Assembly (NCBI GenBank): GCA_048013815.1 | Contig: CM106585.1 | Span: 10,292,001 to 10,356,000, forward strand | Direction: 5' to 3' | Length of the DNA: 64,000 bases | Source: Setoptus koraiensis | Lineage: Eukaryota; Animalia; Arthropoda | In this document: piece after piece, positions 13,014-26,541 of the stretch | How the letters are laid out: the number at the start of each line of letters is the position of its first letter | How positions within the stretch are numbered: position 1 is the stretch's first letter | Program-made: the position numbers and the translations under genes | The notes under the pieces: model-generated | Seen by the model: the letters and a program-made list of their open reading frames with translations, nothing else | Databases searched by the model: none | Told to the model about the DNA's origin: nothing

Positions 13014-16000
13014 TCAATGGGCTTCCTGGAGGAATATCCAGCGCTTCCCTCTAGTGTGATCAAAGCTGTGTGTCAGCCATTGTTGTTCCAGTAAATTGTA
13101 TCGCTCTTGAACTAAAAATAGAGGCCTCCCTCTCTTTAGACCATTATCCTCTTCACCATGTGAGTCTAGGTAAACACTTCCCCATATGCAAGCTCGGTTA
13201 CCTCTAATAACAATTATTGACGATGAGTGTACTGCCAGGAACAGGGCCGTGTTCGCACCACATAAGAGAGAATGCTGCAAATAGAAAAAAAATGGAGATT
13301 AGTGGACCTGTTGAGGAAACGAATTACGAAAGGCTTATAATTAACGACTTATCCAAACACTCACCTCTGATGCTACCTGACGCCTGTGGGGTTTGTCTTT
13401 GCAGCAGCTATTCCTGAAGCAAACGGGAGCTCCACAAACTAGGCATATCGCCACATCCTTTGGTACAGATGAACATAATGAACATTTCTTGCGATAGTAA
13501 AACATGAATATATCATTAAAGTTATGTGGCAACTTCATCAAAGAAGGTCTGTGCCAAATAAGAGGGCGTCTAAAAAGTAGCGTTCTCGCCGTAACTATGT
13601 ACTCTGTCGAGAACCTATTAAATTCACATGACCAAGATTTAATCAGTAGACTTGGATTCTCAGTTGACCAACTAAGACAATCAAGGATGCTTAGATTTCT
13701 AGAATCTCCAATGATTCGAGACGAAGTGTCCGCCACTGAACTTCCGAGTTTCAAACATTTGGCAAGACTTTCAAATTCATTATCTATTGCTAAAGAATCC
13801 AAATCATCATTTGATGTAGCTGAATCCGGTAAAAATTCTTTGTAAAGATGATGCTGTAACAGGGCCGCTATTCGTAAGAAAGGCAAGCAAGTCAATTTGA
13901 GTCTTGATTCAATACATTGCAAATCTTCATCTGTGAGGCTCTTTCGAAAGGATCGCTTATCTCTCGAATCTCCCCCAATTATCCAATCGTAGACCCCAAA
14001 GTTGATAGGCGGCTCACTATCCATCAGACAGTCGTAGATTTGACTATTCACTAGAGCCAGTAGGTGGATGAGAGACTTTTGAATGTTGATAGTTGATTCT
14101 TCAAAAGAGTTTTCATCCAAAGTGTTGCCAAATTCATTCGAAGTACCGATAATGGTTGGTCTGCAATCTGGGCGCATGTACGCCAAAAGTAGACAAACCG
14201 ATTGAGTGGCACAGAGATTGAATAGTATTTGAGTAATACATGAGAAATAAGTCTGATCCACAATGGCTGGTGATATCGCAAATAGTAACTGCAACATGAT
14301 GGCTATTGGGTCCTTGAGTAAGAGAGGCACCTCACTACAGACAGGTTTTATGTTTAGGCTATCATCATCTGAAGTAATGTTGGTTAGGTGGGACCAGACT
14401 TGATCAGTGGCATACCAATGGTCCGATATGAGCGTCCTTGCGTTTAATGCCAAAAAATGAAACAGTGGCACTAGATAGGTAAAATTGTAAGATGGTGTTA
14501 GATAAAAATTGTCACAGATTTTTGGTGAGCTGACTATAGTACAGTTTTAGAGATACTTACCAAAGCAGGGCTTCTTACTGCCACACGGTGATGCGTTACA
14601 TAAGTTCACCACAACCTCACATTCTAGATTAGTTCGAGCTATTGATGCCAAGAACAAAAACAAACTATGCATACTAGGATTCGCCCTAACAGACCGGTAT
14701 TGGGCTAATGTAGCATTCGTTAAATCAGAACAAAAAGCTGCTGATGGCTTCAGGTCGTCATGATTTGGTGTATGCTTGTTGGACAACAGATTTGCTACTT
14801 GACAACAGATAGCCGATAAATCATTGTGGGCAACTAAAGCGCTATCTTCACTGACGATCGAATGTGAATGTACGATCGGTAGGACAGAGTTTGCCAACTG
14901 TCGACATACAGGACACGCGAACTCACCAGGATCGAAGTTTCTCGATCTTCTGTCTTCTTGGGTGTCCATGGATTTAATATAACTCTGGTGACATTTAATG
15001 TGCAAAAAATGACCACATGATTGAATGTGAACACCACCAGCAACTCCTATATTCAACGAGTCAAGCCAAGAATTTTCAACGAAATGTTCACTCAGCGTGT
15101 CTATTCTTCTTTCCGTATATTTAGCGAAAGTTTCCTCTTTCAGACCTTTACAGTCATATTCCTCGCAAGGTAACTGGCGATCTCTTTGTGGCCTCAAGTG
15201 AGCATGGCCAAGTACAGAAGTTGACTGCAGCAAGACAACCTGACCAAAAGGATTACTTGGTTCGCTGGGGCCATCATTTCCGCATATGCAGCATTCATAG
15301 TCTATAGAAGAGGTTCTTTTCGGTGAGTCATTATGTGTACCACTGGGGACATTGGATTCTCGCTGTCCTTTTTCATTTCGTTCTTTCGTCCGTTCACTAG
15401 ATTCTTCAGCATGATTGTTCGATGAGGGCTGGTTGTCATACTTTTTCAAAAAGGCCTTTTGTTTCGAAGCAAACTCGGCCATCAGCTTGTTTTGATATTC
15501 TTTTGCTTTGCGTCTCTTATCTTGCTTGGTAAGTATTTCTCTCGGGCTCGTGTGACCTGCATCTGCACAAATTGATGATTTTTGAGATGAGCTCTGGGCG
15601 CTGGTTGACGAAGCAGTTGTATCCATAGCATTATCTTGACTGCTAAGGTCGGATCTAGCTTGACGATCTTGTCGAAGACAACTCTCCGACTCTTGATTCC
15701 ATATCAAGCTAGACATTATCTCCGTCTTTTTTCGTATATCCGCCCTCGAAAGACACACTAAATCAAGAATCCTGCCTACGAAAGTATCTCCGCCTCCTAT
15801 TACCAAATTCTTTTCAACCATTGAGGTAGCTGCATCAATATTGAAACGATATGAAGACGCTCGTTGCGTCGACTGAGAGTGTAATCGGAGCAAGAGAGTC
15901 AGAATGCTTTCGGTTGTGCAATTATTGTGGCAGTCATGATATGAATTACCCTCAGCATTCATTCTTTGTGTTTGACTTGGTTTTTGCTTAATAGAACTCT

Positions 16001-19000
16001 GTTGAATTGGCCGAGATGTTTGGTTTGGAATGGGTCCACCAATGCTTAAATTTGATGTTGTAGCCGCTTGTGTCGTCTGGGTTGTATAGTGAGTTCTCTC
16101 GGGAGGTCGACCGCCACCGCGTCTGGCCACCTGAGGAAATCTGTACCTACCGACTCGTTGTATGCCTCCTCTACCTCTTACAATGTTGTTTTCTCTAGCT
16201 GAGCTTGTAGCAGTTGGGCAATTGAAGAAATGATGATATCTTTCATGAATAACTTCTTCCGATGTACGATTCTCTGAGGTTGATCTTTCCAACGCAAGTG
16301 GAATCAAGCGACCCATAATCGACGGTCTCGATTCAGTTTGTTGCTGGGACGACAATGCTGAATATGGTCGCAATGATGTCGAAGAAGACGCTGAAGATGA
16401 TGTCGTCCTGTATAAGTTATTATATTCTAGACTGCTAGGTGTACTTTCTACGTTACTAAGAGAAGATTCAGGAGGTAAAGCTAAGGACAACTGTTGATGC
16501 GAAGTATCATCAACAGGAGGAGGCAGAGCAAGGCGCTCTTCGATGGGTGGAAGCTCTAGAATCTGTTGGCTGGACTCTATGGTCAAAAAAGGATCTATTT
16601 GCTGAGGGTCTTCATTTGTCATATCAACATCGTCAATATACGCCTCCACCGAATTATATGGTGCATTTTCCGCACCCTCTGTCTCCATTGGCACAACAGA
16701 TTGTTCTGGGGCATCATCGGGGAGCGTGCTTGTCTCCCTTGATCTGTTGGTCAAATTCCTGCGAGAGGCAAGTATAGCTTCAAGAGCGTTGAATCGACTC
16801 AAATTTATTGAGGATTGATCAACTGCGTTAAGTAATTCAATGTCGATATTATCCATGGATTCTGTCTGAGATTGGCCATCTTGATTAGTCGCTTGATTGA
16901 CTGTAGCATTATTATTAAGCATGGTTACGAAATTCCTCAAAGCTTCAATTCGAGCTCCACTGTTATCACTATTGTCTGGCAATTCTTCAACTGTCGCATT
17001 CTCTGTCTCGCGACAAGCAGGTAATTGTATAACAGGGTTGTTTGTTCGGTTCATATCACATTCAGTCTCATCTCCACTATCGGAGGATTCATCTGTCACT
17101 AAACCAACTACGGTGGAAACTGTGGATTCTTCAGGAAGAATTGATTCCACGCTCACGAGAGGTAGATCTTTTGATCTAAGCTTAACTTGGTTTTCTTGTT
17201 CAACCATTGAGAGATGAAGTGCTTCGTCTTCAATCATAACTATCATATTGTCTATCACACTTTCGAATGGAAACCAAGTATCAAAATTGAGATCTATTGC
17301 CGAACGAACTGTTGGCATTTTTTCATCTGACGCAGACAGATTGGAATTTCTTTGGTTGTATCGCTTCAACGGGCTTTTGATACATAACCTATGTCCCAAA
17401 ATTTGTTCCATTTGGCCATTTATTACTACTTGCGTTATTTCATGATACTCCAGTGTAGATATAAATGTTCTAGAACTGTGACGCTTCGATTCTATGACAT
17501 CACCGTCAGTTTTGTTAGGATTGTCAATAGAGACTCTGCAAGCCAAGTAAAGAAGATGGATTGCGTATGCCAGCAAGTTATCAGTTACATCAGTCATGTA
17601 GACTGATTTATACAGAATATTGTATATTGTTCCTAGGAGAGTGTTCGATCTGAGAATTGGTTGAAGGTTGATACATTTGTTGATGCACAGCGACGGTGGT
17701 ATTCTGAATGGTGGCCATACAGAAGTTGATTGCGAGCTTTTATCAATCTTTCCAGTCCTTTTGCAATGTTGAAAAAAACGCTCAAGTGACATCTGATAAT
17801 CCCTTCGATGGTAAGCTCGATACATCACGTGAGCCGGATCATATTCAGTATCCCATATTTCTTCTTTCAGAGAGTACGTTCCTTGATGAAGATTACCGCC
17901 AATGTCGTGGGTAGGTGGAGTATATTTTGTTAGTTCTTCCAATAAAGCTTCGAAAACATCGTCGTTAGTTGTGATTAATAAACCACCTATATCAGGTAGC
18001 ATGTTGACTAGATGAGAGTAACTAGAGTCACTCACTGACACCAAGGCAACCATTTCTTTACGTATGCGGTCCTTATTCGTTACATCACAGTCAATTTGCA
18101 GTGTAAGAAGCTGAATGAGGAAGGCCAATGAATTCTCTATCATTGGCATCACTTGTTCGATGGAGATCTTGAAACCATCAGAAGGTTTAAATTGATCCAC
18201 TGACTTGCATTCAAGGCTGAACCATTCCCAGATGTGAAACCTTTCGAAAACTGTCCGCACAAAGTAGTCAGGATCTAAATTTGAGGCACATAATCTTAAT
18301 GCGAACATATCCAAATCAATCGTCGAATAACAATACGCACAATGAATATAAGTCATGGCTTGGCTAACTATTTGCATCCCATTTCTTGTCCACAGATTAC
18401 ACCTAATCTCATGATATAAAACAATGGCTTGCAAAGGGTTCATCATGAGTGATAAAAAGAAGTCTTTGCATTTTGAAATGACTGAATTGTCTGAATCACA
18501 TTCGCTTGGCAATATAGACGGTATATTTTGTACAAATACAGCATTCCTTATGGTTGCAACAAACATTCGATGTAAGGGTAAATGAAAGCTAACAAGATAT
18601 ATATTTGGTTCCCTAAATACTATCCTCCCCATTCGTTTAAACCATCTTCTCAGCGTTGCTACAAAGAACTTAGATAGTTTTGTTGTGAGATGCCCTGTTG
18701 ATGGATCCTTCAAATGTGATAATAGCGACCACAAAGGCGTGAGACAGAAATCAGATTCAATTGTAAATATCGTAGAATAGGTGTTATTTTCGTAAAGAGT
18801 ATAATCAGTTAGTTCACGAAGATTTGGGCTCATAGTCTGAAAGTAAGCCACCATTTCTATCCAAGTTTCCAGCAAATTATCGTCTTGCAATAATATAGTA
18901 GCAACAGAGTAAAATTGTAGAAGGGCGTTCAAATCTTCAGTAAATGAGTTGAAGTGACGGTCTCTCATTATAGGATCCTCACAAGAAACAACTAATGGTG

Positions 19001-20315
19001 AAGATCTCATTGTTTTGGCTAGTGGATTAGCTCTAAGTATTCCCCTTGAATTGATTGCACCAGTACCTCTTACACCTCCTATAACAGCCACAAGAGAATA
19101 AATTAATGTATGTAAGGTGTGACAGTTTTCGCATAGCATCCTGCTCAGTTCTTCGTCATTATAAATTTGGACGGAAATTTGTAGCACTCGCCTAGTCAAT
19201 TGATCGAACGTATCTCTAGGTAAACGTTGTGGATGATCATTCAGATTTGTAAGCATTGTGACCATCCTTGGATAAAGATTAACAAATGTTTGGGCGAATG
19301 TTTGTCTGTAACTAGCGTTCATCAGGAAACCCAATAGAATACAGACCAACTTTTGAGGGAACTCATAGACAACCACCCAAAACATTAGTTCCTCTATGAA
19401 GCAGGTATGCTGTAGTTCATCGTTAAATGATCTCAACTGTGTCAGGCATTTTGGATCTATTCTATATGGCTTGACTGGGAGGAGATTCTTCCTTTCCATG
19501 GCATAACTTCTCAGTCGTTCCTTGAAAAGATCACTAATGTCTTTTTTTGGATGGTTTTCATATTCACTTAATTGACTAGTGTAGACACTACTATTTGTTA
19601 ATGCATCAATCATGACTTTTCTTATTACTTCGCCTCGACTAGCCAATTTATGCATAAATTCTAAATAACAATCTATCTCTTGAATCACTTCTTTAGTTCC
19701 TCTTCGCAATTCTATCACTAGTCTATGTATAATATAAGGCATAGATTTTTGAGCCACGCATATCAATTCAAACGGAATAGACTCTCCGTCGCGTTTGGCC
19801 TCGGCGTTATTTCCATGATTCTTACAATGGCCGCTCTCGTTGACGATGGAATATCCGCAATCACAGGCGCCACCACTACGGGATTTAAACATATTGTAGT
19901 CGTGGCCCTCATGATCGCCATTTCTAAAACAATCGGCACATAAAGACATACTGGGTGAAAAGCTGCATGTTCTACATCGATAGGCGACATAATTTGTTGG
20001 CCAAGCATAACCGCAGTGTCTCTCTGCTCTATATTCCTTGAGGATATTCCAATAGTCTTGGTGGTCGCGACCGCCAGCAAACATTGGCGTTATCCATTCA
20101 ATGAATGTTTCAGGCGGATATCTGGGATCTAATGTGAGGTCAAGAATCTTCTTTAACAATGGCGTCGGCTCATATGTACCCAATTCTTTCCTCAGTTCGA
20201 TGCACTCCTTAACGATGGCCTTGGCGACATTCTTCCTGCCATGCGGTTTCATAGATTTTTCTATATTAGATAACTCTTGTACTGTGTTGTAATCGTTGTC
20301 GCTGATGTGATCCAT
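13014..20315 (-). CDS. UBR3: E3 ubiquitin ligase UBR3; exons 20315-14561, 14470-13365, 13274-13014
   Basis: UBR-box ([40 protein letters not shown]), RING-H2 (CCIC...[10 protein letters not shown]...[13 protein letters not shown]), C-terminal [22 protein letters not shown]; two 90 bp GT-AG introns. Confidence 0.95.
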
Positions 20316-21211
20316 GATGTGACGGATGATGTTGTTTGGGATAAAAGAATGATACAACGATGATGTTGAGAATTTTCACATAGAAATAGAGAGCTAGCTG
20401 ATGTAAAGTAATAATCGGTTGAGCGGATATCTTGTGGCTGCTCTGTGGTATGATAAGACCAGTATGATAATACTAATAATAGTAGTAGCAATAGTAATGG
20501 TAATAAGATAATGATATCAATTGATTCGATATTTATAATTATAATAATGGCTAATAATAGTAGTAATAATGATAGTGATAATAATAATAGTGGCTATCAT
20601 CCAACATACTGGACAGATGATGTCCAAATGATGCTAAAATGCAAAGATATCTACGTGAATTTCCTTGGGTGATGATACTGATTGATGATTGATTTCTAGC
20701 CACAACTATGTTGCAGATGTTCTTCGAGATAGATTCTGCGATTCGGGGTGTGGAGCACACGTTGTTTGTTGTTGAATGTTGCTCACAGGCGACAACGAGT
20801 CACTTTAAAGCGCCACCTACCGTAGGTGAGTTGTGTGCTCCGATTGAGCACACAGCTATCATCACAGAGGCAACTTTTACGCACACTGTTCCTATTTTAC
20901 ATTTACATTTGGCAATGTCACACAAGTCATGACTTCGTGTGCATGCTATTGCTAATCGCAACGTGCAATGGTGAAAACTTTCACGGCTTCCTCGCGCCAA
21001 ATCGCCATTCAAGTTGCGCCCCATTCTACACGTATTCAAGTCTAAAACAGCTGTTGTCGACACGTTACAATCGGTGTCTGGTGTGGCTTTTCATTTCATA
21101 AGAAAACTGGCTTCAAATATAAATTCACGCTGTACACTCCGCCATGATAGTACATGCTGCCACGGATACAGCCAATCAAGTCGCCATTGTTGACATCCGC
21201 CGAGGCCGAAA

Positions 21212-24009
21212 ATGGATTTCAGTTTCCCTTACACACCATACAATATCCAAGAGGAACTCATGAGAACCGTCTTCAATACGCTGGACAACAAACAGGTTGG
21301 CATATTAGAATCACCAACTGGAACAGGTGCGTCTCACATCTTGTGTCTCCACAATGATAACTCTTTCTGCTCACCCAAATAATTTCTCTCTAATCTGAAA
21401 AATATCCGATCTGATTAACTCCAGGCAAGTCCCTCAGTCTCATATGTTCTTCGCTTACGTGGCTGAGAAAGCACCAGGCCGAGCAGAAGCAAAATTACCT
21501 GATTTCCATAAGCAAGTTGCAGGCACAATTGGATGATTTGAAAAAACAGGAAAACGATGAAGGCAAAGACTGGCTCGAGTTGCAGCTCGAGAGTCAGACA
21601 ATCGTCAAAAAAATGGAAGATCATAAGGTGGCATTGAAAAAAATCGAGGACTTCGAGAGGAAGGATCAGGCCAGAAGAACTAACAAGATAAATATGATTG
21701 AACAAGAACGAAACGTTGTTATCACTAAACCTGATGGTGCAAGAGGCAAAAAAAGACAATTCAACGACGACGAGCCAGATGATGATAATGATAATCTAAT
21801 TGTAGATCTACCCGAAAATGTCGAAACAACTAATGAAGACAGTATGGATGGTTATGAGCAACCGGAAGAGGTGAAACCGAAAATATACTACGCGTCCAGA
21901 ACACATTCCCAACTAAGTCAATTTGTGAATGAGGTGAAAAAGACACAATTTGCAAACATAGATAATGGTCCGGTCGTTAAGGTTGTCTCATTAGCATCGA
22001 GAGCAACTCTTTGTGTAAATCCAAAAGTCGTCAAATTAAAAGATCAGAATGCAATAAATGAGAGATGCAAGGAGCTTCAGAAGGAAACTAAGCCAATCAA
22101 CAGGTGTCCGTTTTTGCAGAAAGGAAGAATTCAAAAACTGCAGGAGGATATACTTGGACAAGTTCAGGACATTGAAGAGATAACCTCCAGAGGTAGATAT
22201 CATGGGGCTTGTCCATATTACGCTTCAAGGGCTGCATATTCGGAAGCTGAATTAATTGTTCTTCCCTACAATAACCTATTCCATATGCAGACAAGAAGTG
22301 CGTTGAATCTAAATTTAGAAGATAGTGTTGTGATTGTCGATGAAGCACACAACATTCTAGAAACTATCTGTTCGATACACAGTTCTCAGTTGAGAGGAGC
22401 TCAGCTAATTGAGGCCCATTCAATAATTTCTAGATATTATGCTCGATATCACACCAGGTTGAATCCGGTTAATTCTAAGAACATAAAAAACATTGTTCAC
22501 TGCCTCACAGTTCTCATTAGGTATATGAAGAATCCGACTAAGTTAATCCAAGGTGATACCACTATATCAACTGACATCACAACCGTTACCCATGTCACAC
22601 CCCAAGCCCAAATGGTTAATGTTGTCGACTTCATTGCACGCGCGAACATTCGTGATTTTAATATATTCGACATGGTCGCTTTTTTTAAAAACAGTCAGCT
22701 AGCAAGGAAACTTTTGGGCTTCACAAAAAAAAATTCTGATCATGACCTTACAATGGATATCTCCAAATTGGATGGAACCAAAAAGGAAACCAAACCAACT
22801 GGGACGAAAGCATTTCTATCGAAGATGCTTCAAAATACTAAAAATAATTCTTCAAATAAAAGACAGAAGAAGGGTGACGCGAAGAGCCTAAAACAAGAGA
22901 AGCCAGTCGTTGTCAGAGAGGAGCAGACCAAATCAGGTTCTCACTCAGATCTGAGCTTGAGTTTCTTGCAGGGCACTATCACAGATGATGACATTGTATC
23001 TTATCCAATCTACTCCGTCATAGAGTTTCTTCGTTCTTTGTCTTTCTTAGCGCCGCAAGGAAGAATACTCGAGCATTTGGATGCTGACATCAAACGCTCA
23101 GTAATCAAGTTTTTACTGATTGAACCCTCAAGTCAATTCAAAGGCATAGTAGAGCAAGCAAGATCTATAATTTTAGCTGGAGGCACAATGCAACCCTTTG
23201 ACGAATTTGTTGATCTATTATTCAGACCGCTGAACATCAAGAAAGAGCATATAGTTTTATTTACGTGTGGTCACGTTATACCTAGAAACAATCTCCTTGT
23301 TGGAACTATGGCTCGAGGTCCATCAGCGAAGATTTTTGATCTAAGTTACAAAGGAAGATCAAAAGCGGAGACACTCGAAGAGTTAGGGAGAGCAATCGAG
23401 GACATATCCAAGATCGTCCCAGGGGGCTTAATCTGCTTCTTCCCATCTTACGACTATGAACAGTTGTGCTTTAAAAAATGGTCGACATGTGGAATAATCA
23501 AGTCGATCGAGACAAAATATAAGCGGGTATTCCGAGAGCCGAAGACCTCAAATCAGTTGAAGAGTGTTCTCGATGAGTACGCAAACAGTATATCAAAGGG
23601 TCGCGGTGGTCTCTTGCTAAGTGTTGTGGGTGGTAAAATGAGCGAAGGTATTAATTTCAACGACGATCTGGGAAGATGCGTAATAATGATCGGCATGCCC
23701 TATGCAAACTTAAAATCTATTGAGCTTCAAGAAAAGATGCGATTTTATGATGCCAATTCTTGCATACCTAAAGCCGGTCAGATGTACTATGAGAATCTCT
23801 GCCTAAAAGGCATCAATCAGTCGATAGGTCGGGCTATACGACATCAAAACGATTATGCTGCAATCCTGCTTTTCGACCAACGATATCAAACGAAACAAGT
23901 TATCAGGTCTAATCTGCCCAAATGGATCGGCTCTTCATTGAGAGATTACAATGAGTTTAACGTCTTATTCTCCGATCTTGAAAAATTTTACAAATCAAAA
24001 CAAGTATAA
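21212..24009 (+). CDS. DDX11: DDX11/ChlR1 Fe-S DEAH helicase; exons 21212-21326 and 21425-24009
   Basis: [15 protein letters not shown]|GKSLSLIC across 98 bp intron, [62 protein letters not shown]. Confidence 0.95.
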
Positions 24010-24225
24010 CGGAGAATAAAAGTGGAATAAATTTATTAGTTTTTATCAGAAAAAACTACACATCAACAAGTATTTCCAATCATTCTAGTATCGATCTGCA
24101 TGATTTGTATTACCTTTTTTTCCAAAATATTAGCTTGTCTAGTAATTTTTCACACAACAACAGCAGTTGGGCCCATCAGCCTTAACTTCGAACACCTTAC
24201 TGACATTACTCTCGGCTAGATCTTT

Positions 24226-24486
24226 TCAGTTAGATCACGAAGATTTGAGCTCATAGTCCGAAAGTAAACCACCATTTCTATCCAAGTTTCCAGCAAGTTA
24301 TCGTCTTGCAATATTAGCAACAGAGTAAAATTGTAGAAGAGCGCTCTTATCTTCAGTAAATGAGTTGAAGTGACGGTCTCTCATTATAGGATCCTCACAA
24401 GAAACAACTAATGGTGAAGATCTCATTGTTTTGGCTAGTGGATTAGCTCTAAGTATTCCCCTTGAATTGATTGTACCAGTACCTCT
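24226..24486 (-). pseudogene. Duplicated internal fragment of UBR3 (copy of 18805-19070)
   Basis: Near-identical direct copy, 261 vs 266 bp, with a 5 bp frameshifting deletion and several substitutions. Confidence 0.95.
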
Positions 24487-24948
24487 CACTAAGAAGTTTA
24501 GGATCGAGTATGATACAGATTTTCATCTAGGTTTCAACAGTCTGATCGACTTACGTTTATCGGTTGATGACGCGAAATAAATTCAAGTCACGATATCCTA
24601 GCTTGATGAGATCGCTGATTTCACTTGGTGTAACAGACTGATGAGCACGCAGACTTTTGCAAAACTTACCTCCAGATCTTGATGAGATGTCTGATCGTTC
24701 TGAGCTGCAATGTTCATGTGGATCATCTGAATTAAACACGTAGGCATTAAATAATCAGTAGGCATTGACTCAGACAGAAGATTTAATCTATTGCTGAATT
24801 GAAAATTTTATGATCGCAACACGGAGTTTTATAATCGGAATTGACATTGTCGAACGATATCCGAAACAAACTTTCACTTAAATTAATCAAATCAATTTAA
24901 ATTATCTCAATTAACTGTTTCCATCAGATCAGTCGGACAAAGTGAACA

Positions 24949-26007
24949 ATGTCTAACAAAGTGACCCAAGAGCTGGAGTTCGATATTGATTATGGAGTTA
25001 TAGCGGCAAAGGTATGGAACAAACCAACTAAAGGCTGCAAAAAAATCTTGGCTGTTCACGGTTGGACAGACAATGCAAATAGTTTCGATAAACTGATACC
25101 GCTACTTGAGCATCCTAATGGTATTTATGTGTTGGCCATCGATCTACCTGGCCATGGGAAATCATCAAAATTGCCCAATAATGTGCCCTATTCTGATTTA
25201 CATTTCATCTCTGCAATTCGTTATTTCGTGCGCTCAGTTGGCTGGAATAAAGAAAGTCATTCCAAGACAAAATTTGAAGATGACGCAACAACGAAATTAG
25301 ACCAATTGACCATTGACGAAAATAAAACGAATGATGATGATGATGATAAATATATACTGCTGGGTCATTCATTGGGTGCCGGTTTGGCGACATGGTATGC
25401 ATGTTTCTTTCCAGAAGATATAGAACAACTGATTGTGTTGGACTTTTTGAAATCGCCAACACTACCATTAGTTGGTTTGCTACAACAATTGGCCACTAAC
25501 ATGGACACGTTAATTCAGCAGTATTCAGCCCCTACTGATAACGGTGCGAAAGCGATAGCTACAAAAGATGATATAATTTATCTGATCATTTATGGACATG
25601 AGGAATTTAGTCAAGCACGTTTACAACGAGATGATGCGATGTGTTTGTTTGCTCGCTGCAGTGAGCCAGTTCCAGGTCAAAAAGAGAAGTTTTATCTAAT
25701 GAATGAACCAAAATTGGGTATCATGTTGGATTATCACGATAATGTTGATTTCATGAAAAATCTTGGCAACGGCCTTAGTTGTCACTGCGTGCAAATAATG
25801 GCCAAGAGAGGCTTGTACAATCCACGCAAAAAAGACGCTTTGACAAGCGATTTTAATTGTCTGAAGGATTGTATGGAGGCCAGCTGTAAAACATTTCATT
25901 CAGTATGGTTGAATTATTGTGACCACAATTTGCACATGGCCAATTCGGGCGAAGTTGCTTCGATCATAAACGATGCTTTGTTAGAACCGGGAAGCTTGGC
26001 GGCATGA
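24949..26007 (+). CDS. SERHL: Serine hydrolase-like alpha/beta hydrolase (SERHL/kraken family), intronless, 352 aa
   Basis: HGWTDNANSF, AIDLPGHGKSS, nucleophile elbow GHSLG, C-terminal HNLH. Confidence 0.85.
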   Translation: MSNKVTQELEFDIDYGVIAAKVWNKPTKGCKKILAVHGWTDNANSFDKLIPLLEHPNGIYVLAIDLPGHGKSSKLPNNVPYSDLHFISAIRYFVRSVGWNKESHSKTKFEDDATTKLDQLTIDENKTNDDDDDKYILLGHSLGAGLATWYACFFPEDIEQLIVLDFLKSPTLPLVGLLQQLATNMDTLIQQYSAPTDNGAKAIATKDDIIYLIIYGHEEFSQARLQRDDAMCLFARCSEPVPGQKEKFYLMNEPKLGIMLDYHDNVDFMKNLGNGLSCHCVQIMAKRGLYNPRKKDALTSDFNCLKDCMEASCKTFHSVWLNYCDHNLHMANSGEVASIINDALLEPGSLAA

Positions 26008-26169
26008 ATTTGATTGATAATAAACACATTCGTAATTAAAGGTAGATTAATTGTTGCAATTGTCACTGCTGCTGCAGCAGGGCCCCTGTATCTTTTATTC
26101 TCTTGCTAAGATCATGAAAGATCATGAATTTACAAATCAAAACCTCTAGATAGAATAAAAATCTTTTGT

Positions 26170-26541
26170 CTAAATGTCGTCGGATGACGTGTCAAGAACA
26201 ACTTTTTCTCCTGGTTTGAATGCCGGCATGCCCCTGTAAGGACAAGAGGCGCATCTGAAGGCATCGCCCAAATAGCAGCTACCGCATGACGATGTAGATT
26301 TGCCGTTTGTGGCGGCCTCTCTGGCTTCTTTGGCCTCTTGGTCCAGTTGTTCGGCTAGACCGCATGTACAGTTGGCACAGGCCTTCTTGGCCTTAGATGT
26401 GGGTGCACATTCTTTCACCTCTGGCTTCTGTTTGTCCGCCTCGGTGAGGATTTCGTCCTCTTTTACCAGTTGTTTTTCGCTAACGGGCCCATCCTCGGCT
26501 AGTTTTTCGAACAGAGCACTATCATCCGGATTGACAGCCAT
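26170..26541 (-). CDS. CIAPIN1: Anamorsin/Dre2 Fe-S cluster domain only (~123 aa from ATG 26541)
   Basis: C-x8[10 protein letters not shown] and [29 protein letters not shown] motifs; no methyltransferase-like N-domain seen upstream. Confidence 0.9.
   Translation of the reverse strand: MAVNPDDSALFEKLAEDGPVSEKQLVKEDEILTEADKQKPEVKECAPTSKAKKACANCTCGLAEQLDQEAKEAREAATNGKSTSSCGSCYLGDAFRCASCPYRGMPAFKPGEKVVLDTSSDDI

Noticed and set aside
20465-20600. Poly-Tyr/His ORFs between UBR3 and DDX11
   Set aside because: TAA/TAG simple repeats in a bidirectional promoter gap
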